From the sequence record PQ553088: 64,000 nucleotides of DNA. One strand, written 5' to 3'. The stretch is from Escherichia phage OES_C-1. The notes under the pieces were generated by a model. The model saw nothing but the letters and a program-made list of their open reading frames with translations. It did no database searches and had not been told where the DNA came from. Each line of letters opens with the position of its first letter. The stretch's first letter is position 1. This document shows positions 18,286-30,228 of this stretch, in pieces. Both the position numbers and the translations under genes were made by a program.

Positions 18286-18876
18286 ATGCTCTTTACATTT
18301 TTTGATCCGATTGAATATGCGGCCAAAACGGTGAATAAAAACGCGCCGACTATTCCTATGACAGATATTTTTAGAAACTATAAAGACTATTTTAAACGCG
18401 CTCTTGCGGGATACCGCTTACGTACTTATTATATCAAAGGTTCACCACGCCCGGAAGAATTAGCAAATACTATATATGGAAATCCGCAGTTGTATTGGGT
18501 TTTATTGATGTGTAATGATAATTACGATCCGTATTATGGATGGATTACTTCGCAGGAAGCTGCTTATCAAGCATCTATACAAAAATACAAAAATGTAGGT
18601 GGAGACCAAATAGTATATCATGCTAATGAGAACGGTGAAAAATTTTATAATTTAATATCATACGATGATAATCCATATGTTTGGTATGATAAAGGCGATA
18701 AAGCTAGAAAATATCCTCAATACGAAGGAGCACTTGCTGCGGTCGATACGTATGAAGCTGCTGTTCTTGAAAATGAAAAACTTCGTCAAATAAAAATAAT
18801 AGCAAAATCAGACATCAATTCATTTATGAACGACCTTATACGTATAATGGAGAAATCTTATGGAAATGATAAGTAA
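18286..18876 (+). CDS. 53: baseplate wedge protein gp53
   Basis: 196 aa; position and length as T4 gp53. Confidence 0.85.
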   Translation: MLFTFFDPIEYAAKTVNKNAPTIPMTDIFRNYKDYFKRALAGYRLRTYYIKGSPRPEELANTIYGNPQLYWVLLMCNDNYDPYYGWITSQEAAYQASIQKYKNVGGDQIVYHANENGEKFYNLISYDDNPYVWYDKGDKARKYPQYEGALAAVDTYEAAVLENEKLRQIKIIAKSDINSFMNDLIRIMEKSYGNDK

Positions 18877-20587
18877 TAACCTCAACTGGTTTGTTGGCGT
18901 TGTTGAAGATAGAATGGACCCATTAAAATTAGGTCGTGTTCGTGTTCGTGTGGTTGGTCTGCATCCGCCTCAAAGAGCACAAGGCGATGTAATGGGTATT
19001 CCAACCGATAAATTGCCATGGATGTCAGTTATTCAACCGATAACTTCTGCAGCAATGTCTGGAATTGGAGGTTCTGTTACAGGGCCAGTAGAAGGAACTA
19101 GAGTATATGGTCATTTTTTAGACAAATGGAAAACTAACGGAATTGTCCTTGGCACTTATGGCGGAATAGTTCGCGAAAAACCTAATAGACTTGAAGGATT
19201 TTCTGACCCAACTGGACAGTATCCTAGACGTCTAGGAAATGATACTAACGTATTAAACCAAGGCGGAGAAGTAGGATATGATTCGTCTTCTAATATTATC
19301 CAAGATAGCAATCTAGACACTGCGATAAATCCCGATGATAGACCGCTATCAGAGATTCCAACTGATGATAATCCAAATATGTCAATGGCTGAAATGCTTC
19401 GCCGTGATGAAGGATTAAGACTAAAAGTTTATTGGGATACCGAAGGATATCCGACAATTGGTATTGGTCATCTTATCATGAAGCAGCCAGTTCGCGATAT
19501 GACCCAAATTAATAAAGTTTTATCAAAACAAGTTGGTCGTGAAATTACCGGAAATCCAGGTTCTATTACAATGGAAGAAGCGGTAACTTTATTTGAACGC
19601 GATTTGGCTGATATGCAACGTGACATTAAATCACATTCTAAAGTTGGCCCAGTTTGGAAAGCAGTTAATCGTTCTCGTCAAATGGCGTTAGAAAATATGG
19701 CATTCCAAATGGGCGTTGGTGGCGTAGCTAAATTTAACACAATGTTAACTGCTATGTTAGCCGGAGATTGGGAAAAAGCATATAAAGCTGGTCGTGATTC
19801 ATTGTGGTATCAACAAACAAAAGGCCGTGCATCCCGTGTTACCATGATTATTCTTACAGGTAATTTGGAATCATACGGTATTGAAGTGAAAACACCAGCT
19901 AGGTCTTTGTCAGCAATGGCTGCTACTGTAGCAAAGTCTTCTGATCCAGCTGACCCTCCTATTCCGAATGATTCGAGAATTTTATTTAAAGAACCTGTTT
20001 CTTCATATAAAGGTGAATATCCGTATGTTCATACAATGGAAACTGAAAGCGGTCATATTCAGGAATTTGATGATACCCCTGGGCAAGAACGATATAGATT
20101 AGTTCATCCGACTGGAACGTATGAGGAAGTGTCACCGTCAGGAAGAAGAACAAGAAAAACTGTTGATAATTTGTATGATATAACAAACGCTGACGGTAAT
20201 TTTTTGGTAGCCGGCGATAAAAAGACTAACGTCGGTGGATCAGAAATTTATTACAACATGGATAATCGTCTTCACCAAATAGATGGAAGCAATACGATAT
20301 TTGTGCGTGGCGATGAAACTAAGACAGTTGAAGGCAATGGAACTATCCTAGTTAAAGGTAATGTTACTATTGTAGTTGAAGGTAATGCTGACATTACAGT
20401 TAAAGGAGATGCTACCACTTTAGTTGAAGGAAATCAAACTAACACAGTAAATGGAAATCTTTCTTGGAAAGTTGCTGGGACAGTTGATTGGGACGTTGGT
20501 GGTGATTGGACAGAAAAAATGGCATCTATGAGTTCTATTTCATCTGGTCAATACACAATTGATGGATCGAGGATTGACATTGGCTAA
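18860..20587 (+). CDS. 5: baseplate hub and tail lysozyme gp5
   Basis: 575 aa; internal lysozyme domain MAEMLRRDEGLRLKVYWDTEGYPTIGIGHL; C-terminal VxGxxxxx beta-helix repeats; near-identical to T4 gp5 as recalled. Confidence 0.95.
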   Translation: MEMISNNLNWFVGVVEDRMDPLKLGRVRVRVVGLHPPQRAQGDVMGIPTDKLPWMSVIQPITSAAMSGIGGSVTGPVEGTRVYGHFLDKWKTNGIVLGTYGGIVREKPNRLEGFSDPTGQYPRRLGNDTNVLNQGGEVGYDSSSNIIQDSNLDTAINPDDRPLSEIPTDDNPNMSMAEMLRRDEGLRLKVYWDTEGYPTIGIGHLIMKQPVRDMTQINKVLSKQVGREITGNPGSITMEEAVTLFERDLADMQRDIKSHSKVGPVWKAVNRSRQMALENMAFQMGVGGVAKFNTMLTAMLAGDWEKAYKAGRDSLWYQQTKGRASRVTMIILTGNLESYGIEVKTPARSLSAMAATVAKSSDPADPPIPNDSRILFKEPVSSYKGEYPYVHTMETESGHIQEFDDTPGQERYRLVHPTGTYEEVSPSGRRTRKTVDNLYDITNADGNFLVAGDKKTNVGGSEIYYNMDNRLHQIDGSNTIFVRGDETKTVEGNGTILVKGNVTIVVEGNADITVKGDATTLVEGNQTNTVNGNLSWKVAGTVDWDVGGDWTEKMASMSSISSGQYTIDGSRIDIG

Positions 20588-20621
20588 TATACTTCCAATG
20601 AGCGCTGATTTAGGAGAATCC

Positions 20622-21116
20622 ATGGAAGGTTCTTCTATCGACGTCACCTTTACCGCTCAATTAGAAACAGGTGAAACGTTAGTATCTATAAATATAACTA
20701 GTTACGAAGAAACTCCTGGGGTTTTAGTAGAAGAAAATCGCTTATACGGAACATATGAATCTGTGTTTGGATTTGGAAATGACGCGTTGAAATATCGTTT
20801 AGGCGATGAATTTAAAACTGCTGCTTCATGGGAAGAACTTCCTACTGATTCTGATACTCAGTTGTATTTATGGAAAGCTCCTCAAAACCTCCAGAAGACA
20901 TTCACTTACGAAGTAACATTAATATATGACTACCAAGAACAAAGTGAATCTGGAGGTTCTGGCAGTAATTCTAGGTCATCTTCTGATACTACTGAACCGA
21001 CAGATCCTCCTGCTCCAGTAAGAAAAACTCTCGTTAAAAATTATACTAAAACTATAGTTGGAAATTGGAGTCGTTGGGCTAATAAATTAAGAAGCTATGT
21101 GTATGAGAGGTCATAG
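20622..21116 (+). CDS. 5.1: baseplate-associated protein gp5.1
   Basis: Track start 20559 is TTG; ATG at 20622 preceded by AGGAGAA; alternative ATG at 20598. Confidence 0.6.
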
Positions 21117-21410
21117 ATGTCAGGATTAAGTTATGATAAGTGTGTTACTGCCGGCCATGAAGCATGGCCTCCAACAGTTGTGAATGCTACACAAAGTAAA
21201 GTATTCACTGGAGGAATTGCTGTTCTCGTAGCAGGTGATCCAATTACAGAACATACAGAAATTAAAAAGCCATATGAAACACATGGCGGAGTGACACAAC
21301 CTAGAACTTCTAAGGTATATGTCACTGGAAAGAAAGCTGTTCAAATGGCTGATCCAATATCATGCGGTGATACTGTGGCTCAGGCATCATCTAAAGTATT
21401 CATTAAATAG
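21117..21410 (+). CDS. 5.4: PAAR-repeat spike tip protein gp5.4
   Basis: 97 aa; position and length as T4 gp5.4. Confidence 0.8.
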
Positions 21411-21418
21411 GATTTAAA

Positions 21419-23401
21419 ATGGCAAATACCCCTGTAAATTATCAATTAACAAGAACAGCAAATGCTATTCCCGAGATATTCATCGGGGGTACATTTGCTG
21501 AAATAAAACAAAACCTCATTGAATGGCTTAATGGTCAAAATGAATTTTTGGATTATGATTTTGAAGGCTCAAGATTAAACGTTCTGTGTGACCTTTTGGC
21601 TTATAATACATTGTACATTCAGCAGTTTGGTAATGCTGCTGTGTATGAAAGCTTTATGCGTACTGCTAACTTACGTAGTTCAGTAGTTCAAGCGGCACAA
21701 GATAATGGATATTTACCTACTTCAAAATCAGCTGCTCAAACTGAAATTATGCTAACTTGTACAGACGCATTGAATAGAAATTACATTACTATTCCTCGTG
21801 GTACTCGCTTTTTAGCATATGCAAAGAATACTTCTGTTAATCCTTATAACTTTGTCTCTACTGAAGATGTTATTGCTATTCGTGATAAAAATAACCAGTA
21901 TTTTCCACGTTTAAAATTGGCCCAAGGACGTATAGTAAGAACTGAAATCATTTACGATAAATTAACACCTATTATCATTTATGACAAAAATATAGATAGA
22001 AACCAAGTTAAACTATACGTTGATGGAGCAGAATGGATTAACTGGACAAGAAAGTCAATGGTTCATGCTGGTTCTACATCAACAATTTACTACATGCGTG
22101 AAACTATTGATGGAAATACTGAATTTTATTTTGGTGAAGGTGAGATTTCTGTTAACGCGGCAGAAGGAGCATTGACCGCTAATTATATTGGAGGTCTTAA
22201 ACCTACCCAGAACTCTACGATTGTTATTGAGTACATCAGTACTAACGGTGCAGATGCGAATGGTGCAGTCGGATTTTCATACGCTGATACATTAACAAAT
22301 ATAACTGTCATCAATATTAATGAAAACCCAAACGATGACCCAGATTTTGTTGGGGCAGATGGCGGCGGTGATCCAGAAGATATTGAGCGTATTCGCGAAT
22401 TGGGTACTATTAAACGTGAAACCCAGCAACGCTGCGTAACTGCAACCGACTATGATACATTCGTTTCAGAAAGATTCGGTTCTATTATTCAAGCGGTTCA
22501 GACTTTCACTGATTCTACTAAACCTGGTTATGCATTTATTGCTGCTAAACCTAAATCAGGACTATATTTAACTACTGTACAACGTGAAGATATTAAAAAT
22601 TATCTAAAAGATTATAATTTAGCTCCTATTACACCATCAATTATTTCTCCTAATTATCTTTTTGTTAAGACTAATTTAAAAGTCACATATGCTTTAAATA
22701 AGCTGCAAGAATCAGAACAGTGGCTAGAAGGTCAAATAATTGATAAAATTGATCGTTATTATACCGAAGATGTAGAAATTTTTAACTCATCTTTCGCTAA
22801 ATCTAAGATGTTGACATATGTAGATGATGCAGATCATTCTATCATTGGCTCATCCGCGACAATTCAAATGGTACGTGAAGTACAAAACTTCTATAAAACG
22901 CCTGAAGCGGGTATTAAATACAATAATCAAATAAAAGATCGTTCTATGGAATCTAATACGTTTTCATTTAATTCCGGACGAAAGGTTGTAAATCCTGATA
23001 CTGGTTTAGAAGAAGATGTATTATATGACGTTCGTATAGTATCAACAGACCGAGATTCTAAAGGAATTGGCAAAGTTATTATTGGTCCATTTGCTTCTGG
23101 CGATGTTACAGAAAATGAAAACATTCAGCCATATACAGGCAATGATTTTAATAAATTAGCAAGTTCCGATGGACGCGACAAATACTACGTTATCGGTGAA
23201 ATAAATTACCCAGCTGACATGATTTATTGGAATATCGCTAAAATTAATTTAACATCCGATAAATTTGAGGTTCAGACTATTGAGCTATATTCTGATCCAA
23301 TAGACGATGTTATTTTCACGCGCGATGGTTCACTGATCGTATTTGAAAATGATTTACGTCCACAATACTTAACTATCGATTTGGAGCCTATATCACAATG
23401 A
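21419..23401 (+). CDS. 6: baseplate wedge protein gp6
   Basis: 660 aa; same length and position as T4 gp6. Confidence 0.9.
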   Translation: MANTPVNYQLTRTANAIPEIFIGGTFAEIKQNLIEWLNGQNEFLDYDFEGSRLNVLCDLLAYNTLYIQQFGNAAVYESFMRTANLRSSVVQAAQDNGYLPTSKSAAQTEIMLTCTDALNRNYITIPRGTRFLAYAKNTSVNPYNFVSTEDVIAIRDKNNQYFPRLKLAQGRIVRTEIIYDKLTPIIIYDKNIDRNQVKLYVDGAEWINWTRKSMVHAGSTSTIYYMRETIDGNTEFYFGEGEISVNAAEGALTANYIGGLKPTQNSTIVIEYISTNGADANGAVGFSYADTLTNITVININENPNDDPDFVGADGGGDPEDIERIRELGTIKRETQQRCVTATDYDTFVSERFGSIIQAVQTFTDSTKPGYAFIAAKPKSGLYLTTVQREDIKNYLKDYNLAPITPSIISPNYLFVKTNLKVTYALNKLQESEQWLEGQIIDKIDRYYTEDVEIFNSSFAKSKMLTYVDDADHSIIGSSATIQMVREVQNFYKTPEAGIKYNNQIKDRSMESNTFSFNSGRKVVNPDTGLEEDVLYDVRIVSTDRDSKGIGKVIIGPFASGDVTENENIQPYTGNDFNKLASSDGRDKYYVIGEINYPADMIYWNIAKINLTSDKFEVQTIELYSDPIDDVIFTRDGSLIVFENDLRPQYLTIDLEPISQ

Positions 23402-26400
23402 CAGTAAAAGCACCTTCAGTCACTAGTCTCAGAATTTCCAAGTTATCCGCAAATCAGGTGCAAGTACGCTGGGATGACGTTGGTGCTAATTTCTACTATT
23501 TTGTAGAAATCGCTGAGACAAAAACAGACTCGGGGGAAAATCTCCCGAGTAATCAATACAGATGGGTTAACTTAGGATATACTGCAAATAACAGCTTCTT
23601 TTTTGATGATGCCGACCCATTGACATCATACATTATTAGAGTAGCCACAGCTGCGCAAGATTTTGAGCAGTCTGATTGGATTTATACTGAAGAGTTTGAA
23701 ACTTTTGCTACAAATGCTTATACATTTCAAAACATGATTGAAATGCAATTAGCTAATAAATTCATTCAAGAAAAATTTACTCTTAATAATTCTGACTATG
23801 TTAATTTTAACAATGACACTATAATGGCTGCATTGATGAATGAATCGTTTCAATTCAGCCCATCATATGTTGATGTTTCATCAATAAGTAATTTTATTAT
23901 TGGTGAAAATGAGTATCATGAAATACAAGGTTCTATTCAGCAAGTATGTAAGGATATTAACCGAGTTTATTTGATGGAATCAGAAGGGATTCTATATCTT
24001 TTTGAGCGTTATCAACCTGTAGTTAAAGTATCTAATGATAAAGGACAAACCTGGAAAGCTGTAAAGCTCTTCAATGACCGCGTAGGATATCCTTTATCTA
24101 AGACTGTATATTACCAATCTGCGAACACAACATATGTTCTAGGATACGACAAGATTTTCTACGGCCGCAAATCTACTGATGTTAGATGGTCAGCTGATGA
24201 TGTCAGATTTAGTTCGCAGGATATAACATTCGCTAAACTTGGCGACCAATTACATCTAGGATTTGATGTAGAAATTTTTGCCACTTACGCGACTTTACCA
24301 GCTAATGTATATCGCATTGCAGAAGCTATTACTTGCACCGATGATTACATTTACGTTGTCGCCAGAGACAAAGTTAGATACATAAAAACGAGTAATGCAC
24401 CTATAGATTCTGATCCATTATCTCCAACGTATTCGGAAAGGCTATTTGAACCTGATACGATGACTATAACTGGAAATCCTAAAGCAGTATGTTATAAAAT
24501 GGATTCTATTGGTGATAAAGTTTTTGCTCTTATTATTGGTGAAGTTGAAACATTAAATGCTAATCCTAGAACATCAAAAATAATTGATTCTGTTGATAAA
24601 GGAATATATGTTTTAAATCATGACACAAAAACGTGGAAAAGAGTTTTTGGCAACACTGAAGAAGAAAGAAGACGTATTCAACCAGGGTATGCGAATATGT
24701 CAACTGATGGTAAATTAGTTTCTTTATCTTCTAGTAATTTTAAATTTTTAAGCGATAACGTTGTTAATGACCCTGAAACTGTGGTGAAGTATCAGTTAAT
24801 CGGTGCTGTTAAATATGAATTTCCTCGTGAATGGCTAGCTGATAAGCATTATCATATGATGGCATTTATAGCAGATGAAAAATCTGATTGGGAAACTTTT
24901 ACACCTCAGCCGATGAAATACTACGCAGAACCATTCTTTAACTGGTCTAAAAAATCTAACACACGCTGTTGGATAAACAACTCTGATAGAGCTGTAGTAG
25001 TTTATGCTGATTTAAAATACACCAAAGTTATAGAAAATATTCCGGAAACATCACCAGATAGATTAGTTCATGAATACTGGGATGATGGTGATTGTACGAT
25101 AGTAATGCCAAATGTTAAATTCACGGGATTTAAAAAATACGCATCTGGGATGCTTTTTTATAAGTCTTCTGGTGAAATAATTTCTTACTATGATTTTAAC
25201 TATCGAGTGAGAGACACAGTTGAAATAATTTGGAAGCCAACTGAAATATTTTTAAAAGCATTTTTACAAAACCAAGAGCGTGAAACTCCTTGGTCCCCGG
25301 AAGAAGAGCATGGATTAACTGATCCTGATTTAAGACCATTGATTGGCACAATGATGCCTGATTCTTATCTGCTACAGGATTCTAATTTTGAGGCATTCTG
25401 CGAAGCATATATTCAGTATCTTTCTGATGGATATGGAACTCAGTATAATAATTTACGAAATTTAATTCGTAACCAATATCCGCGAGAAGAGCACGCGTGG
25501 GAATATTTGTGGTCAGAGATATATAAAAGAAACATTTATTTAAATGCTGATAAACGTGATGCTGTTGCAAGATTTTTTGAATCACGTAGCTATGATTTTT
25601 ATTCTACTAAAGGAATTGAAGCATCATACAAATTTCTTTTTAAAGTTCTTTATAATGAAGAAGTTGAAATTGAAATTGAATCTGGGGCTGGTACTGAATA
25701 TGATATAATCGTTCAATCTGATTCTTTAACCGAAGACTTAGTAGGACAAACGATTTATACAGCTACAGGAAGATGTAATGTTACTTATATAGAAAGAAGC
25801 TATTCTAATGGTAAATTGCAATGGACCGTAACTATTCATAATCTTTTAGGAAGATTAATTGCCGGTCAAGAAGTTAAAGCAGAAAGACTCCCTAGTTTCG
25901 AAGGAGAAATTATTCGCGGGGTTAAAGGAAAGGATTTGCTTCAAAATAATATAGACTATATTAATAGAAGTAGATCATATTATGTAATGAAAATTAAATC
26001 CAATTTACCTTCTTCCCGCTGGAAATCTGACGTTATTCGTTTTGTTCATCCAGTAGGATTTGGATTTATAGCAATTACCCTTTTAACAATGTTTATTAAT
26101 GTTGGTTTAACTCTTAAACATACAGAGACTATAATTAATAAATACAAAAACTATAAATGGGATTCTGGATTGCCTACTGAATATGCTGATAGAGTAGCCA
26201 AATTGACTCCAACCGGTGAAATTGAGCATGATTCAGTAACAGGCGAAGCAATTTATGAACCTGGCCCAATGGCTGGCGTAGAATATCCTCTTCCTGATGA
26301 CTATAATGCTGAAAATAATAATTCAATATTTCAAGGTCAATTGCCTTCTGAACGACGTAAATTAATGAGTCCTCTATTTGATGCATCTGGAACAACATTT

Positions 26401-26496
26401 GCACAATTTAGGGATTTAGTTAATAAACGTCTAAAAGATAATATAGGAAATCCAAGAGACCCTGAAAATCCAACACAGGTTAAAATAGATGAATGA
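23398..26496 (+). CDS. 7: baseplate wedge protein gp7
   Basis: 1032 aa; ATGA overlap with gene 6. Confidence 0.9.
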   Translation: MTVKAPSVTSLRISKLSANQVQVRWDDVGANFYYFVEIAETKTDSGENLPSNQYRWVNLGYTANNSFFFDDADPLTSYIIRVATAAQDFEQSDWIYTEEFETFATNAYTFQNMIEMQLANKFIQEKFTLNNSDYVNFNNDTIMAALMNESFQFSPSYVDVSSISNFIIGENEYHEIQGSIQQVCKDINRVYLMESEGILYLFERYQPVVKVSNDKGQTWKAVKLFNDRVGYPLSKTVYYQSANTTYVLGYDKIFYGRKSTDVRWSADDVRFSSQDITFAKLGDQLHLGFDVEIFATYATLPANVYRIAEAITCTDDYIYVVARDKVRYIKTSNAPIDSDPLSPTYSERLFEPDTMTITGNPKAVCYKMDSIGDKVFALIIGEVETLNANPRTSKIIDSVDKGIYVLNHDTKTWKRVFGNTEEERRRIQPGYANMSTDGKLVSLSSSNFKFLSDNVVNDPETVVKYQLIGAVKYEFPREWLADKHYHMMAFIADEKSDWETFTPQPMKYYAEPFFNWSKKSNTRCWINNSDRAVVVYADLKYTKVIENIPETSPDRLVHEYWDDGDCTIVMPNVKFTGFKKYASGMLFYKSSGEIISYYDFNYRVRDTVEIIWKPTEIFLKAFLQNQERETPWSPEEEHGLTDPDLRPLIGTMMPDSYLLQDSNFEAFCEAYIQYLSDGYGTQYNNLRNLIRNQYPREEHAWEYLWSEIYKRNIYLNADKRDAVARFFESRSYDFYSTKGIEASYKFLFKVLYNEEVEIEIESGAGTEYDIIVQSDSLTEDLVGQTIYTATGRCNVTYIERSYSNGKLQWTVTIHNLLGRLIAGQEVKAERLPSFEGEIIRGVKGKDLLQNNIDYINRSRSYYVMKIKSNLPSSRWKSDVIRFVHPVGFGFIAITLLTMFINVGLTLKHTETIINKYKNYKWDSGLPTEYADRVAKLTPTGEIEHDSVTGEAIYEPGPMAGVEYPLPDDYNAENNNSIFQGQLPSERRKLMSPLFDASGTTFAQFRDLVNKRLKDNIGNPRDPENPTQVKIDE

Positions 26497-27493
26497 TTCA
26501 AGTGTTATCTATCGTGCGATAGTTACTTCAAAATTTAGAACAGAAAAAATGTTGAATTTTTATAATTCAATTGGAAGTGGTCCGGATAAAAACACTATCT
26601 TTATTACATTTGGAAGATCAGAACCGTGGTCATCAAACGAAAATGAGGTGGGATTTGCCCCACCTTATCCCACTGATTCTGTGTTAGGTGTAACTGACAT
26701 GTGGACTCATATGATGGGAACCGTGAAGGTTCTTCCATCTATGCTTGATGCAGTTATTCCTCGTCGAGATTGGGGGGATACTAGATATCCGGATCCATAC
26801 ACATTTAGAATTAACGATATTGTAGTGTGTAACTCAGCTCCTTACAACGCTACCGAATCAGGCGCAGGCTGGTTAGTATATCGTTGTTTAGATGTTCCTG
26901 ATACCGGAATGTGCTCAATTGAGTCTTTAACTAATAAGGATGAATGCCTTAAGTTAGGTGGAAAATGGACTCCTTCTGTTAGGTCAATGACTCCTCCTGA
27001 AGGTCGAGGAGACGCGGAAGGAACAATCGAACCCGGAGACGGGTATGTATGGGAATATCTTTTTGAGATTCCGCCTGATGTATCTATAAACAGATGCACA
27101 AATGAATATATCGTAGTTCCTTGGCCTGAGGAATTAAAAGAAGACCCAACTAGATGGGGGTATGAAGATAACCTCACTTGGCAGCAAGATGATTTTGGAT
27201 TAATTTACCGGGTTAAGGCAAATACTATTCGTTTTAAAGCATACTTAGATTCAGTTTATTTTCCTGAAGCTGCCTTGCCAGGAAATAAAGGATTTAGACA
27301 AATATCGATAATCACGAATCCTCTTGAAGCTAAAGTTCATCCAAATGACCCAAACGTTAAAGCTGAAAAGGATTACTATGATCCGGAAGATTTAATGAGG
27401 CATTCGGGCGAAATGATTTATATGGAAAATAGGCCACCTATTATTATGGCAATGGATCAAACAGAAGAAATCAATATTCTGTTTACATTTTAA
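26489..27493 (+). CDS. 8: baseplate wedge protein gp8
   Basis: 334 aa; same length as T4 gp8. Confidence 0.9.
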   Translation: MNDSSVIYRAIVTSKFRTEKMLNFYNSIGSGPDKNTIFITFGRSEPWSSNENEVGFAPPYPTDSVLGVTDMWTHMMGTVKVLPSMLDAVIPRRDWGDTRYPDPYTFRINDIVVCNSAPYNATESGAGWLVYRCLDVPDTGMCSIESLTNKDECLKLGGKWTPSVRSMTPPEGRGDAEGTIEPGDGYVWEYLFEIPPDVSINRCTNEYIVVPWPEELKEDPTRWGYEDNLTWQQDDFGLIYRVKANTIRFKAYLDSVYFPEAALPGNKGFRQISIITNPLEAKVHPNDPNVKAEKDYYDPEDLMRHSGEMIYMENRPPIIMAMDQTEEINILFTF

Positions 27494-27498
27494 ATTAA

Positions 27499-27521
27499 GG
27501 GAGCCCATGGGCTCCCTTTTT
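27499..27521 (+). terminator. rho-independent terminator after gene 8
   Basis: GGGAGCCCATGGGCTCCC hairpin followed by TTTTT. Confidence 0.65.
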
Positions 27522-27524
27522 CTT

Positions 27525-27532
27525 TATAAATA
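27525..27532 (+). promoter_or_regulatory. late promoter (TATAAATA) for gene 9
   Basis: tataaata about 25 nt upstream of ATG 27557. Confidence 0.55.
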
Positions 27533-27556
27533 CTATAAACTCATAAGGAAACCGCT

Positions 27557-28423
27557 ATGTTCATTCAAGAACCAAAGAAATTGATTGATACCGGCGAAAT
27601 TGGTAACGCTTCTACTGGTGATATCTTATTCGACGGTGGTAATAAAATTAATAGTGATTTTAATGCAATTTATAACGCGTTTGGCGATCAGCGTAAAATG
27701 GCAGTAGCAAATGGTACTGGCGCTGACGGCCAAATTATCCATGCTACTGGATATTATCAAAAGCATTCTATCACAGAGTACGCAACTCCGGTGAAAGTTG
27801 GTACTAGACATGATATTGATACCTCTACTGTTGGTGTTAAAGTTATCATTGAAAGAGGCGAACTTGGTGATTGCGTTGAATTTATTAACTCAAATGGATC
27901 TATATCAGTTACCAATCCTTTAACGATTCAAGCGATTGATTCAATTAAAGGTGTTTCAGGTAATTTGGTAGTAACTAGCCCATATAGTAAAGTTACTTTA
28001 CGTTGTATTTCATCTGATAATTCTACGTCAGTTTGGAATTATTCTATTGAAAGTATGTTTGGCCAAAAGGAATCACCGGCTGAAGGTACATGGAATATTT
28101 CTACATCCGGATCAGTTGACATTCCATTATTTCATCGTACTGAATACAATATGGCTAAATTACTAGTTACGTGTCAATCGGTAGATGGAAGAAAAATTAA
28201 AACGGCAGAAATAAATATTCTTGTAGATACTGTTAATTCAACGGTCATTTCTTCTGAATATGCTGTCATGCGGGTTGGGAATGAAACCGAAGAAGACGAA
28301 ATCGCTAATATTGCATTTAGTATTAAAGAAAATTATGTAACGGCGACTATAAGTTCTTCAACTGTCGGTATGAGAGCAGCAGTTAAAGTTATCGCTACGC
28401 AGAAAATCGGGGTGGCTCAATAA
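27557..28423 (+). CDS. 9: baseplate protein gp9 (long tail fiber socket)
   Basis: 288 aa; same length as T4 gp9. Confidence 0.9.
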   Translation: MFIQEPKKLIDTGEIGNASTGDILFDGGNKINSDFNAIYNAFGDQRKMAVANGTGADGQIIHATGYYQKHSITEYATPVKVGTRHDIDTSTVGVKVIIERGELGDCVEFINSNGSISVTNPLTIQAIDSIKGVSGNLVVTSPYSKVTLRCISSDNSTSVWNYSIESMFGQKESPAEGTWNISTSGSVDIPLFHRTEYNMAKLLVTCQSVDGRKIKTAEINILVDTVNSTVISSEYAVMRVGNETEEDEIANIAFSIKENYVTATISSSTVGMRAAVKVIATQKIGVAQ

Positions 28424-30228
28424 TGAAACAAAATATTAATATCGGTAATGTTGTTGATGATGGTACCGGTGACTACCTGCGTAAAGGTGGTATAAAAATA
28501 AATGAAAACTTTGATGAACTTTATTATGAACTTGGTGATGGAGATGTTCCATATTCAGCCGGTGCCTGGAAAACTTATGATGCTTCATCTGGACAAACAC
28601 TAACGGCAGAATGGGGAAAATCATACGCTATTAATACCTCTTCTGGAAGAGTAACTCTACAACTTCCTAAAGGAACTGTCAATGATTACAACAAGGTAAT
28701 TAGAGCCAGGGATGTATTTGCAACGTGGAACATCAATCCAGTTACACTAGTAGCTGCTTCCGGAGATACAATTAAAGGGTCGTCATCATCGGTTGAAATT
28801 AATGTTCAATTTAGTGATTTAGAGTTAGTTTATTGCGCTCCAGGACGCTGGGAGTATGTCAAAAATAAGCAAATTGATAAAATTATTAGTTCAGACATTA
28901 GTAATGTAGCTCGTAAAGAATTTTTAGTCGAAGTTCAAGGGCAAACAGACTTTTTAGATGTTTTTAATGGAACTAGTTATAATGTCAATAACATCAGAGT
29001 AAAACATCGTGGTAACGAATTGTATTACGGTGATGTATTTAGCGAAAACAGTGACTTTGGCTCTCCGGGCGAAAATGAAGGCGAATTAGTTCCTCTTGAT
29101 GGATTTAATATTCGATTAAGACAGCCTTGTAATATTGGTGACACCGTTCAAATTGAAACATTTATGGATGGTGTATCACAATGGAGAAGTTCATATACAA
29201 GACGCCAAATAAAAGTACTAGATTCAAAACTAACATCAAAGACTTCTTTAGAAGGAAGCATTTATGTTACTGATTTATCGGCGATGAAATCAATTCCATT
29301 TTCTGCATTTGGATTAATTCCTGGTGAACCCATTAATCCTAATTCTCTTGAGGTTCGTTTTAATGGAATTTTACAGCAGCAGGCTGGAACCGCTGGATAT
29401 CCTCTGTTTTTGTGTGAAGGCGCTAGTTCAGATACGCGAGAAGGTTGTATATCTCTTGGTGGTGAATGGAAAGAATCAAACACAGATTATTCTATAGAAT
29501 ATGAAGATGGAAAACCTACCAGTCTTTTATTTGATAGAAAATTTGAATCAGGTGATATAATCGTTATAACATGGTTTAATAATGATTTAGGAACTCTTTT
29601 AGAAAAAGATGACATTATTGAATTAACTGATGACCGTTATGTTAGTAAAGGATCATCTACTGAAGTTACTGGGGATGTAGCCTTAACAGATTTTGATAAA
29701 ATCGGTTGGCCAAATGTTGAAAAAGTTGATTCTTATACTAGAACGTATAATTCAATATCATCTATTTTCGACAGCATTTATCCTGTTGGTTCAATTTATG
29801 AAAATGCTATAAACCCAAATAATCCGGTGACTTATATGGGATTTGGTTCATGGAAATTATTTGGTAAAGGACAAGTTTTAGTAGGATGGAATGATGATGT
29901 TACGGATCCAAACTTTGCTTTAAACAATAATGATTTAGATTCTAGCGGAAATCCTTCACATACTGCCGGTGGAACAGTTGGTACAACATCAGTAACGCTT
30001 GAAAACGCAAATCTTCCTGCGACTAAAACTGATGAAAGAGTTTTAATTGAAGACGAAAATGGATCAGTTATTATTGGAGGATGTCAATATGACCCAGACG
30101 AAACTGGTCCTATATATACAAAATATCGTGAAGACTACGCAACAACAAACTCTTCACATACTCCTCCTACTAATATTAGTAATATTCAACCGTCTATTAC
30201 TGTATACCGTTGGATAAGGATTGCATAA
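28423..30228 (+). CDS. 10: baseplate wedge protein gp10
   Basis: 601 aa; TAATG overlaps at both ends. Confidence 0.9.
   Translation: MKQNINIGNVVDDGTGDYLRKGGIKINENFDELYYELGDGDVPYSAGAWKTYDASSGQTLTAEWGKSYAINTSSGRVTLQLPKGTVNDYNKVIRARDVFATWNINPVTLVAASGDTIKGSSSSVEINVQFSDLELVYCAPGRWEYVKNKQIDKIISSDISNVARKEFLVEVQGQTDFLDVFNGTSYNVNNIRVKHRGNELYYGDVFSENSDFGSPGENEGELVPLDGFNIRLRQPCNIGDTVQIETFMDGVSQWRSSYTRRQIKVLDSKLTSKTSLEGSIYVTDLSAMKSIPFSAFGLIPGEPINPNSLEVRFNGILQQQAGTAGYPLFLCEGASSDTREGCISLGGEWKESNTDYSIEYEDGKPTSLLFDRKFESGDIIVITWFNNDLGTLLEKDDIIELTDDRYVSKGSSTEVTGDVALTDFDKIGWPNVEKVDSYTRTYNSISSIFDSIYPVGSIYENAINPNNPVTYMGFGSWKLFGKGQVLVGWNDDVTDPNFALNNNDLDSSGNPSHTAGGTVGTTSVTLENANLPATKTDERVLIEDENGSVIIGGCQYDPDETGPIYTKYREDYATTNSSHTPPTNISNIQPSITVYRWIRIA

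Noticed and set aside
19986-20186. Antisense ORFs inside late structural genes (also 26842-27177, 30485-30832, 44591-44935, 45444-45842, 53251-53508, 61395-61733)
   Set aside because: Each lies wholly within a long conserved structural gene on the opposite strand
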